Position numbers and translations under genes: made by a program
Assembly (NCBI GenBank): GCA_945868475.1
Contig: CAMBLM010000005.1
Span: 102,117 to 166,116, forward strand
From: an uncultured Ruminococcus sp.
GTDB taxonomy: Bacteria > Bacillota > Clostridia > Oscillospirales > Ruminococcaceae
Length of the DNA: 64,000 nucleotides
Reading direction: 5' to 3'
Shown here: positions 53,676-62,110 of the stretch, piece by piece
How the letters are laid out: every line of letters begins with the position of its first letter
Numbering within the stretch: position 1 is the first letter of the stretch
Notes under the pieces: generated by a model
Told to the model about the DNA's origin: nothing
Database searches by the model: none
What the model saw: the letters and a program-made list of their open reading frames with translations, nothing else

Positions 53676-54473
53676 TTATCTGTAAAATTCCGTTCTTCTG
53701 AGCTGTGTGTAATGTCGGCTGTTTCTGATCTCGGCCGAGCGTTTCATATCGATGTCGGCATAAAGAATTTCTTCCTTATCGGAAGCTTTTGCGATGACTT
53801 CGCCGTTGGCACCGACAACTATCGATTCGCCCGAGAAGTCCATTTCGCCCTCAGTTCCAACACGGTTGCACATCGCTGTTGCAATGCTGTTCTGGAACGC
53901 CTGCACCCGAAGCTCCCACTCGAACATTTCGGACGGCTCTGCTTTTGTGTTCACTGTCGGGATAAGTATAAGGTCAGCACCCATCAAAGCCTCGGTGCGA
54001 ATACTTTCGGGATAGTGCCTGTCGAAGCAGACAACAATACCTATCCTGCCGAATTCCGTATCAAACACTTTGAACCCGTCATCGGATGGAGTGTAATAAT
54101 CCTGCTCGAAAAATTTGTCGGCCTGCGCAATATGCACCATTTTCTGTACACCCTTGACCGTGCCGTCCTTTCCGATAAGGATACTTGCATCGTAAGCCAT
54201 GCCGTTTTCGTTAAGATAAATATTCGGCACTGCCATAACGCCGTTCTCGCGGCAGGCATCGCAGAATGACTTTACTATTCCCGAATCAAGTGAGATCTCA
54301 TACTTTTTTACGTCCTGCTTCGGATATTGCGGAAAAAATTCCGTCAGCTGAACTTCGGGGAACAAAACAAGCTCCGCACCGTGTTCAGCCGCAGTTTTTA
54401 TTGAGCGTATGCTCTTTTCAAGGTTTGAAGCAATATCTCCCGAGTTTGACATTTGTACCAGAGCTATGCGCAT
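53676..54473 (-). CDS. Carbon-nitrogen hydrolase (nitrilase superfamily) protein
   Basis: The start is set at MRIALVQM. Motifs: LVLFPE and the catalytic Cys region GIVVCFDRHYPE. Confidence 0.85.
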   Translation of the reverse strand: MRIALVQMSNSGDIASNLEKSIRSIKTAAEHGAELVLFPEVQLTEFFPQYPKQDVKKYEISLDSGIVKSFCDACRENGVMAVPNIYLNENGMAYDASILIGKDGTVKGVQKMVHIAQADKFFEQDYYTPSDDGFKVFDTEFGRIGIVVCFDRHYPESIRTEALMGADLILIPTVNTKAEPSEMFEWELRVQAFQNSIATAMCNRVGTEGEMDFSGESIVVGANGEVIAKASDKEEILYADIDMKRSAEIRNSRHYTQLRRTEFYR

Positions 54474-54530
54474 AGTGCTGTGCCGCCTTTCATAAGTATG
54501 GATATATTTTAGCACATTTCCGCCGGGATT

Positions 54531-56603
54531 TCAAGTTCCGCTGTCTGCCTTGAATTGTTCAGCACTGAGAACAAACTGGTCTGCGCCGTAATAGCGGTAG
54601 CTGAGATTGTGCGGAACATCGACCAGTGCCGCCACTTCATATTCAATTTCCCTGTATTTCTTGGGACGATACGAAAACGGCGCATTATCGGGGATTTCAC
54701 CCGTGTAGATCTCACCCGTTTCGGTGTCGTAATATTCAAGCTCGGAAACATAGCGGAGTTTTATCTTGTCGCCGACCTTTGCCCAATGGCTGCTTTCGTT
54801 TATTTTTCCGTAATCATCGGCTGAATAGACCGCCGCAATATAATTGCCCTTGCCGAGTTTGGAAATATCACCCTCGAAAACGTTCAGCCTGTCAAGACAG
54901 AACTGCTCCATTCCGTAAATATTAGCGTCGCTCTGCAAAAGTCCGTTGACCTTTTCGGTGCGTTCGGCCAAGCTGTTCAAGGTTTCCTCATCGTTCCAGC
55001 GCCCAATCTGCTGCCTGTACCATTCCTCCGTCACATATTCATAAACGACGTTGGTCGGGCGGTATGTTCTGCCGCCGTCAGTTATATCGATGTTTGACGC
55101 AATATATCCTATAGTGTCTTCCGAAAGTGCCGCTCCCGACGGGTCAAAACGGAAATACGATGCGTCTGCGATGATATAATCGGCAAGCGCCCTGTCGGAA
55201 ATATATTTGTCCATATCAAAGCCGTTAGTGAAAATAAACGTCACGCAGAGAAGTACGACCGACAATGACATCGACGCTATCGTTACAGCGGTTTTGCTCC
55301 TGCTCCTGCCGAGATTTGCGGCAGCCATTCCAAGCAGAGATGCACCCTTTTTTGATCTTCGTACAGCTCTTTTTATGCCGCCGCCCTCGGTGTATCTTAT
55401 CGCTTCGATAGGGGAAACCTTTGAAGCTGTTTTGGCAGGCTTCATGCAGGAGATAAACACCGTTGCAAGCGAGAAAATAGCCGCACCTGCAAAAATTACG
55501 GGACTTGCCGATACCGTTTTGCTAACGCCGTTGAGCTGTTCCATAACAACGGGCGTTAGCACAGAACCGCACAGCCGGCCGAGAATAATTCCCGACGGTA
55601 TGCCGACAGCCGAAAGAGTCAAAGCTTCAATGTACACCATACGCTTTATCTGCCGCCCCGTTGTGCCTATTGTTTTCAGCAGACCATATCGATGGATATC
55701 GTTTGAAACGGAGATGTTGAATACGTTGTAGATTATGAGATACCCCGTGAAAATTATCAGCACAAGAGCCGCCGCTATTGCAAGCACAGCAGAGGTATCT
55801 ATATTTTGAGAAAGCTGAGCCGAAACATATCCCCAGTTTACGCCTGTCGCAATATAGTTGTCACCATAGGTTTGGCTCTGATAGCCGTGCCTTGCAAGAA
55901 TGTCATTTATATCCTCCTCGATATGAGCCTTGCTTTTCAGCATAACGTCCATATTGTAGCTGCCCGTCATACCGTCCTCGCCAGTTGTGCCAAGCTTTGC
56001 GAATATTTCCTCCGCACGGCTCTCGGGGATAAGGATATTGCTTGCCACAGCCGCATCATCGTGCTTCCAGCGGCCGCAAAGGATGAAGCTTTCCGTGGTT
56101 TCCTTGCCGTCAACCATGAATGTGACGGTGAATTCCGTGCCTATCTTCGGCTCGACTCCGAGCAGCGAAAGCACCTTGTCATCAGCGGCGGCTTCGTTCG
56201 TGTTTTCAGCAGGCAGACGGCCCTCCTCGGGTGTGCAGAACAGCCAATTTGCGGCATTTTTATCACAGTAGCTTATCTCGACCTGATCCTTGTTGAAAGG
56301 CACGTCCTTGGGCATACCCACAAAGCGGCGCATGGCATATTCCTTGATGAGCGGATCGTCTTTCAGCTCGTTGAACTGCTCTTCCGTAAGGTATTTGAAG
56401 CCGCCGTGAGCATAGCCGCCGATCTGACGGAAATTTGACTGCTCAAAGCCGTTTACTATCGACATTACTATCGTAAAAAGAGCGGTGAACATTATCGTTG
56501 TGAGTGCAATGGAAATGACAGCGATGATGTTCCTCTGCCTTGCCGCTTTAAGGCTTCTCATACTCAGGCGGCGTATGCATTTTCCGTTTGAAACATTCAT
56601 CAT
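54531..56603 (-). CDS. FtsX-family ABC transporter permease (double FtsX domain, Bce/MacB-like)
   Basis: 690 aa with multiple TM helices and large extracytoplasmic loops. It overlaps the ATPase gene by 4 nt. Confidence 0.85.
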   Translation of the reverse strand: MMNVSNGKCIRRLSMRSLKAARQRNIIAVISIALTTIMFTALFTIVMSIVNGFEQSNFRQIGGYAHGGFKYLTEEQFNELKDDPLIKEYAMRRFVGMPKDVPFNKDQVEISYCDKNAANWLFCTPEEGRLPAENTNEAAADDKVLSLLGVEPKIGTEFTVTFMVDGKETTESFILCGRWKHDDAAVASNILIPESRAEEIFAKLGTTGEDGMTGSYNMDVMLKSKAHIEEDINDILARHGYQSQTYGDNYIATGVNWGYVSAQLSQNIDTSAVLAIAAALVLIIFTGYLIIYNVFNISVSNDIHRYGLLKTIGTTGRQIKRMVYIEALTLSAVGIPSGIILGRLCGSVLTPVVMEQLNGVSKTVSASPVIFAGAAIFSLATVFISCMKPAKTASKVSPIEAIRYTEGGGIKRAVRRSKKGASLLGMAAANLGRSRSKTAVTIASMSLSVVLLCVTFIFTNGFDMDKYISDRALADYIIADASYFRFDPSGAALSEDTIGYIASNIDITDGGRTYRPTNVVYEYVTEEWYRQQIGRWNDEETLNSLAERTEKVNGLLQSDANIYGMEQFCLDRLNVFEGDISKLGKGNYIAAVYSADDYGKINESSHWAKVGDKIKLRYVSELEYYDTETGEIYTGEIPDNAPFSYRPKKYREIEYEVAALVDVPHNLSYRYYGADQFVLSAEQFKADSGT

Positions 56604-57277
56604 TCTCCGCTCCTTGTCACTATCTTGCCGTCCTCAATGCGAATTATCCTGTCCGCAAGCTGAGCTATTTCCTCGTTATGGGTTATCATTACCATTGTCT
56701 GCGAAAACTTCTGACTCGTTATTTTCAGAAGTCCGAGAACGTCCTGTGAGGTCTTGCTGTCAAGGTTTCCCGTAGGCTCGTCAGCGAGGATTATAGCAGG
56801 CTTTGAAGCAAGCGCACGGGCGATCGCAACTCTCTGCTGCTGACCGCCCGAAAGGTTGTTGGGGAGATTTTGCAGCTTGTTTGCAAGCCCGAGAGTTTCG
56901 ATAACACCGCTGATGTATTTTTCATCGGGCGTTCCGCCGTCAAGCTGAACGGGGAGAACGATGTTCTCATAAACATTCAGCACGGGAACAAGGTTGTAAT
57001 TCTGAAAAACAAAGCCTATCTTTCTTCTGCGGAATATGGTGAGTTCTTCGTCCGAGAGTGAGAAAATGTCCTTGCCGTCAACTTCGACCTTGCCCGATGT
57101 CGGTCTGTCCAGACCGCCGAGCATGTGGAGCAGAGTGGATTTGCCGCTGCCCGATGTGCCGACAGCAGCGGCAAATTCTCCGCGCTCGATCGAAAGTTCT
57201 ATCCCGTCAAGTGCATGGACTGTATTTTCGTCGCTGCCATAAGTCTTGCGCAGATCGGTCGTTGATAATACTGTCAT
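56600..57277 (-). CDS. ABC transporter ATP-binding protein (MacB/LolD type)
   Basis: The start is set at MTVLSTTDLRKTYG after GGAGG. Motifs: GTSGSGKST, LSGGQQQR and ILADEPTG. Confidence 0.9.
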   Translation of the reverse strand: MTVLSTTDLRKTYGSDENTVHALDGIELSIERGEFAAAVGTSGSGKSTLLHMLGGLDRPTSGKVEVDGKDIFSLSDEELTIFRRRKIGFVFQNYNLVPVLNVYENIVLPVQLDGGTPDEKYISGVIETLGLANKLQNLPNNLSGGQQQRVAIARALASKPAIILADEPTGNLDSKTSQDVLGLLKITSQKFSQTMVMITHNEEIAQLADRIIRIEDGKIVTRSGE

Positions 57278-57393
57278 AAAGTACCTCCAAAAAAATCTGT
57301 ATTGCAGAAATTCTTTCCTGCAATACAGATCATAACACACAAAGCTTTCTCAATTCTTTCCCCGAAAAAACAATTCTAACAGTTTTGAAAGAT

Positions 57394-57570
57394 TTACCGC
57401 TGAAAAAATACGGAAAATGTCGTACCCTTGTTTATCTCGGACGATACCTTGATATATCCGCCGCAGCCGTTCACTATCTTCCGTGCAAGATACAGACCAA
57501 CGCCTATGCCGTCTTTTTGTGACACCGACGGCGAGCGGTAAAATCGTGTGAATATCCTAATTCTCTGGTT
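57394..57570 (-). pseudogene. 3' remnant of a histidine kinase gene (last ~58 codons only)
   Basis: My translation: ..RIRIFTRFYRSPSVSQKDGIGVGLYLARKIVNGCGGYIKVSSEINKGTTFSVFFQR*. An in-frame TGA lies immediately upstream, and there is no H-box or TM region. Confidence 0.7.
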
Positions 57571-57995
57571 TCAAGGGCAACGCTCTCAAAAAACGGTGAA
57601 AAAACATAAAAAAAGCGGCATTCGTCGAAATAATAGAACTTATCAGATGTTTTTTTGTTATAAATGTACAAAGGACAATAATTCTCTTTTTTAGCTGTTG
57701 AATAAACAAAAGCCACCTGACAAATCATCAAGTGGCTTTTGTAATATAATTAACATTAAGAAATGATATATTTTTGGATCTAATCAACGTATTATAGCTG
57801 TTTATTATACATTGAGATAGCCATGTTTAGCGCATATACCATTCATGTGCACCGCAAAACATTGAATATCCTAAGGATGTTAATCTTCTTAACGAATGCC
57901 GTGAAAAGCTCTGGCGGCAATGTTTGTGCGCACAATTTGGATTTTGCTGTTATCTGACCCGGTCTTGGTTTTGTACGATTATTGAGGGAACGCTA

Positions 57996-59627
57996 CTAAA
58001 TCATCTTAAAATACCTCAAAGCCTCCACAATAGCCTCTTCCTTTTCCTTAGTACATTTAGGCTGTCTTGAATCCGCAGTCCTAGCCTTGTTGTAATTCTC
58101 CCTCTCAATAATACCGCACTTCTGCTTAACCTGTGCGATATTAAGCGAAGATACCGTCAAGCCCGTATGCTCCTTGACATAAGCCTTGATCTCATCGTAG
58201 GTAGCCTTGCTCTCCGCAGAGGTCAGATCAAGCTCGTCCGTTTTCAGCTCAACTTCGATATGTTGGTCACTTTTAAGTTTGGACAATAGACATACCGTTT
58301 CAACATGCTTCGTCCTCGGGAACATATCCACGGCCTGCGCAGACTCCGCCTTGTAACCATGTTCGCATAAGTAAGCGCAGTCGCGCGCGGCTGTCGCAGG
58401 GTTGCAGGAGATCATAACTATCCGCTCAGGCGACATTTTAACTATCGAGGAGAGCGTCTGTTCATCGCAGCCTTTTCTCGGAGGGTCGGTCACGATGACG
58501 TCGGGGCGGATCCCCTTTGCCGCAAGTGCAGCTGCTATCTCACCCGAATCTCCGCATATAAATTCTGCGTTCTCAACTCCGTTCGCTGCGGCGTTTTTCT
58601 TTGCGTTTTCTACCGCCTGCGGAATTATCTCGCCGCCGATGAGTTTTTTTATCCCGTCCGACATCGACAGTCCGACCGTTCCAGCACCGCAGAAAAGATC
58701 AAGCAGTGTGTCACCGCCGCTCAATTGCGCATATTTTTTCGCCACGCTGTAAAGCCGCTCCGCCTGTGCAGTGTTTACCTGATAGAACGAGAGGGGAGAG
58801 ATCGATATTTTCTTTCCGCACATTGTATCTTCGATGCAGTCATTTCCTGTGAGCGTTATGCAGCATTCGCCCGTGATGACATTCGTTGCTTTCGGGTTTA
58901 TGTTCAGGATAAAGCTTTTTATCATCGGAAATTTCTTGCAGAGCTTGTCCGCAAGCGGCTTAAAAGCGGCAGTGTCAGCCTTTGTGACGATAAGGCAGAC
59001 CATTACCTCGCCGCTGTGAAAACCTCTTCTCAAATATATATGACGAACAAGTCCTTTACCCGTTTTTTCATCATAAACAGGCAGCTTTCTTTCATCGATA
59101 TATGCGCAAATTTCGTCCGTAAGCTTCTTAAAAAGCTTCGGTTGGAGCAAACAATCGCCGCAGGGGACAACACGATGGCTTCTCGGTGCAAAAAATCCGC
59201 AGACAGCCTTTCCGTTCGCATCATAAGTGAGCGGATACTGCGCCTTGTTGCGGTAGCGTTCCGTTTCCGTGCAGCCGAGTATTGGCTCAAACGGCACATC
59301 TAAGCCGCCGAGCCGTGTAAATGCGTCCTTGACAGCCTGCTCCTTTGCCGCAAGCTCCGCTTCGTATGAGATATGACGGAAAAGACAGCCGCCGCATTTT
59401 TTGTAAACGCCGCAGCTGTTTTCGCATCGTGTTTCGGACGGCTCAAGCAGTTTGTCGATTATTCCGAAAGCGTAAGTTTTGTTGACCTTGACAATTTTGC
59501 AGGAGATCACATCTCCGACAGCGGTGAGCGGCACAAAGACCGCCATGCCCTCATCAGTCCTGCCGACGCCGCTGCCCTCGGAGGTGAGACCCGTTATTTT
59601 CAGAGTGCAGATATCATTTTTTTTCAT
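57996..59627 (-). CDS. rlmD: 23S rRNA (uracil-C5)-methyltransferase RlmD/RumA with about 90-aa C-terminal extension
   Basis: 543 aa with a TRAM domain, an Fe-S cysteine cluster (CGGCLFRH) and the SAM motif LDLFCGAGT. The canonical end ...HVETVCLLSK is followed by extra sequence. Confidence 0.9.
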   Translation of the reverse strand: MKKNDICTLKITGLTSEGSGVGRTDEGMAVFVPLTAVGDVISCKIVKVNKTYAFGIIDKLLEPSETRCENSCGVYKKCGGCLFRHISYEAELAAKEQAVKDAFTRLGGLDVPFEPILGCTETERYRNKAQYPLTYDANGKAVCGFFAPRSHRVVPCGDCLLQPKLFKKLTDEICAYIDERKLPVYDEKTGKGLVRHIYLRRGFHSGEVMVCLIVTKADTAAFKPLADKLCKKFPMIKSFILNINPKATNVITGECCITLTGNDCIEDTMCGKKISISPLSFYQVNTAQAERLYSVAKKYAQLSGGDTLLDLFCGAGTVGLSMSDGIKKLIGGEIIPQAVENAKKNAAANGVENAEFICGDSGEIAAALAAKGIRPDVIVTDPPRKGCDEQTLSSIVKMSPERIVMISCNPATAARDCAYLCEHGYKAESAQAVDMFPRTKHVETVCLLSKLKSDQHIEVELKTDELDLTSAESKATYDEIKAYVKEHTGLTVSSLNIAQVKQKCGIIERENYNKARTADSRQPKCTKEKEEAIVEALRYFKMI

Positions 59628-59645
59628 AAAATTTCCTTGTAAGTT

Positions 59646-60005
59646 TTATTCAAGCTTTTCTCCGCATTTTGCGCAGTAAACAGCATCAGCGTCATTTTCC
59701 GTAAGGCAGAATTTGCAGGTCTTGGGTTTCTTGGATCTTACAGCCTTGTCAGCGTCTTCAAGCTTTGATCTGAGCTTCTTGATGTCGGCAATGACGATCT
59801 TCATTCTGCCCGTTTCGTCAGCGTCGCTCTCGTGCATATTGTAACAAAGCTTTCCAAGTTCGGTGTATTTCTCGTTGATCTTCGCACGAAGCTGCGCACG
59901 GTCGATCTGATTCTTGGAATAATCGATGGCTTCGGCTGTCTTTGATGCAGCCTTGTCAAAAAGATTCATTGCGTCTGCTTTAAGATTGTCAAATGTGTAA
60001 GCCAT
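59646..60005 (-). CDS. Coiled-coil plus zinc-ribbon protein
   Basis: 119 aa. C-terminus: CKFCLTEN...YCAKCGEKL. Confidence 0.6.
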   Translation of the reverse strand: MAYTFDNLKADAMNLFDKAASKTAEAIDYSKNQIDRAQLRAKINEKYTELGKLCYNMHESDADETGRMKIVIADIKKLRSKLEDADKAVRSKKPKTCKFCLTENDADAVYCAKCGEKLE

Positions 60006-60007
60006 AG

Positions 60008-61468
60008 TTAGCCCTCCTGTAAATAGCTCTTGTAAAACTCAAAGATTTTATCCTTTTTCTCGATCATCTTTTCATAGCGTGAAATGTATTCGTAGGGGAA
60101 TTTGTAGTTGAAAAGACGTTCGATCTTTCCTGTTTCGGTGTTGACAAGCTTTGTCGAGCCTGCCGCTCCGACCGCTAAAATAGTCTGCGCTTCTTCCATT
60201 ATATAAATATTGTAAAGGCTCTCGAAACCAGCCTTTGCGAAGCCGACATTTTCGAGGTTGTCAACGGTGTTTTTCTGGCGGTAGAGGTAGTAGGGGAGAT
60301 ACCCCTCGCCGAAAAGCTTCGCCTGACCGTAATCGACCATATCCGAAATGTGCGTGTCAACGCAGCGTTCTTCCTCTCTAAAAAGGTTGGACGAGCGTTT
60401 GAGCGTGAGTGTGTGGATAGTGATGCTCTCGGGATCAAGTCCGCAAAGCTCATCTATCGTGTGAACGAAGCCGTCATAAGTGTCGGTCGGCAGTCCTGCG
60501 ATAGTGTCCATATTGATATTGTCAAAGCCGATATCACGGGCGAGCCTGAACGACTTCACAACATCGGCAGCCGTGTGCCTGCGGCCGATAGCTTTGAGAA
60601 CATCATCGTTCATAGTCTGCGGATTGACAGAAATTCTTGTCGCACCGTTTTCTTTGATAACTTCAAGCTTTTTTGCCGTAATTGTGTCGGAACGTCCTGC
60701 TTCTACAGTATATTCACGAATTTTTGAAATGTCAAAGCTTTTTTTGATCTCGCCCATAACAAGCGAAAGCTGTTCAGCGGAAAGCGTCGTCGGAGTGCCG
60801 CCGCCAATGTAAATAGTGTCAAGCTTCAAGCCAAGTTCGTCTGCGATCTGTGCAGTCTGGCGGATCTCTTCGCAAAGCTTGTTCGCATATTCGGGAAGAA
60901 GCTTCTTCGCGCTTGAACTTTCTATCGAGTGCGAAACGAAAGAACAGTATGAGCATCTTGACGGGCAGAACGGAACGGAAACATACAGCGAAAACGAACG
61001 CTTGTCAAGCGAATCAAAGTATTTTTTCTGCGTAACGGCCGTGTTGTACGCAAGTTCGAGCTTCTTGTCGGAAACATCGTATTCGTCTTTGAGCCGGGTG
61101 AAAATTTCCGCCTTGGAAAGTCCTTCGTCAAGCAGAGCATTGACCTTTTTTACGGGCCTTATTCCCGTCAGACGTCCCCACGGGGGAGTGATGCCCGTGA
61201 GCTTTCGCATAACATCATAAAGAAGCTTGCAAAGCGCAGTTTCAACGTCTTTTTCATCGCTTACAAAAGCTTCCTTGCTGTCAAAACCTCCGCCGAGCGA
61301 AACCTCGCATTTCGCATTGTGGTCAACGTAGGAAAGCACCGCAAAATCACCGCTGCGGTCTTCCTCCCCGAATAAAAAATCAAACGTTTTTATCGGAAGA
61401 AACAGCTTCATTATCGCTTCGATCTCGTATTTGCAGCTGTTTCCCTTAAAACATATCGTCATAGTCAA
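60008..61468 (-). CDS. hemZ: Radical SAM coproporphyrinogen dehydrogenase-like protein HemZ
   Basis: 486 aa with the CPSRCSYCSF radical-SAM motif after a HemZ-type N-terminal domain. Confidence 0.8.
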   Translation of the reverse strand: MTMTICFKGNSCKYEIEAIMKLFLPIKTFDFLFGEEDRSGDFAVLSYVDHNAKCEVSLGGGFDSKEAFVSDEKDVETALCKLLYDVMRKLTGITPPWGRLTGIRPVKKVNALLDEGLSKAEIFTRLKDEYDVSDKKLELAYNTAVTQKKYFDSLDKRSFSLYVSVPFCPSRCSYCSFVSHSIESSSAKKLLPEYANKLCEEIRQTAQIADELGLKLDTIYIGGGTPTTLSAEQLSLVMGEIKKSFDISKIREYTVEAGRSDTITAKKLEVIKENGATRISVNPQTMNDDVLKAIGRRHTAADVVKSFRLARDIGFDNINMDTIAGLPTDTYDGFVHTIDELCGLDPESITIHTLTLKRSSNLFREEERCVDTHISDMVDYGQAKLFGEGYLPYYLYRQKNTVDNLENVGFAKAGFESLYNIYIMEEAQTILAVGAAGSTKLVNTETGKIERLFNYKFPYEYISRYEKMIEKKDKIFEFYKSYLQEG

Positions 61469-62099
61469 AGCCTTTCATAAAAGGGTTAAATTTTCTTTCG
61501 TTTGAAAGAGTGGAGCGGTCGCCGTGTCCCGATAAAAGGACATAATCTTTGCCAAGATCATCAAGCATTTTAAGGCTCTCATTGAGCTTTATGCTGTTTC
61601 CGTCGGGCATATCGGTCCGACCTGCCGACATCTTGAAAAGCGTGTCGCCGCTGAACATTGCTTCATCGCAGATATAGCATACCGAGCCGCTTGTGTGTCC
61701 GGGTGTGTGCAGAACTTTGAACGAAAGCTCGTCAAGCGTTATGATATCACCGTCCGAAACCTTTTTCGAACCGCTGAAATGTTCAACCGGCTTGTCGTAA
61801 TAATCCGAAAAATACTCGGAAAGGTTGAGGTAATCGTCCGAAAGCTTCTTTTCATCCATTTCGTGAATGTAAACCTCCGCACCCGTTTCCTTTGCAAGAA
61901 AAGCAAGCGATTCTATGTGGTCGCAGTGACCGTGCGTGAGTAGTATCTTCTTTATCGAAGCACCGTTTTTTTCAGCTTCGGCGAGAATTCTCTCACCGCC
62001 TCTCGGCGCATCGATAAGAACTGCATTTCCGCTGTCGGAGATGACAAGGTAGCAGTTAGTTCCGAATATACCGCCCGAATTTATCATTACAGTTTTCAT
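61446..62099 (-). CDS. MBL-fold metallo-hydrolase
   Basis: 217 aa with the THGHCDH motif. Confidence 0.85.
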   Translation of the reverse strand: MKTVMINSGGIFGTNCYLVISDSGNAVLIDAPRGGERILAEAEKNGASIKKILLTHGHCDHIESLAFLAKETGAEVYIHEMDEKKLSDDYLNLSEYFSDYYDKPVEHFSGSKKVSDGDIITLDELSFKVLHTPGHTSGSVCYICDEAMFSGDTLFKMSAGRTDMPDGNSIKLNESLKMLDDLGKDYVLLSGHGDRSTLSNERKFNPFMKGFDYDDMF

Positions 62100-62110
62100 A
62101 TTTTTTATCC

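Noticed and set aside
57504-57731. A 75-aa ORF (minus strand) in the AT-rich region next to the kinase remnant.
   Set aside because: It reads through non-coding AT-rich sequence in a different frame from the kinase remnant. The composition is implausible and there is no RBS.
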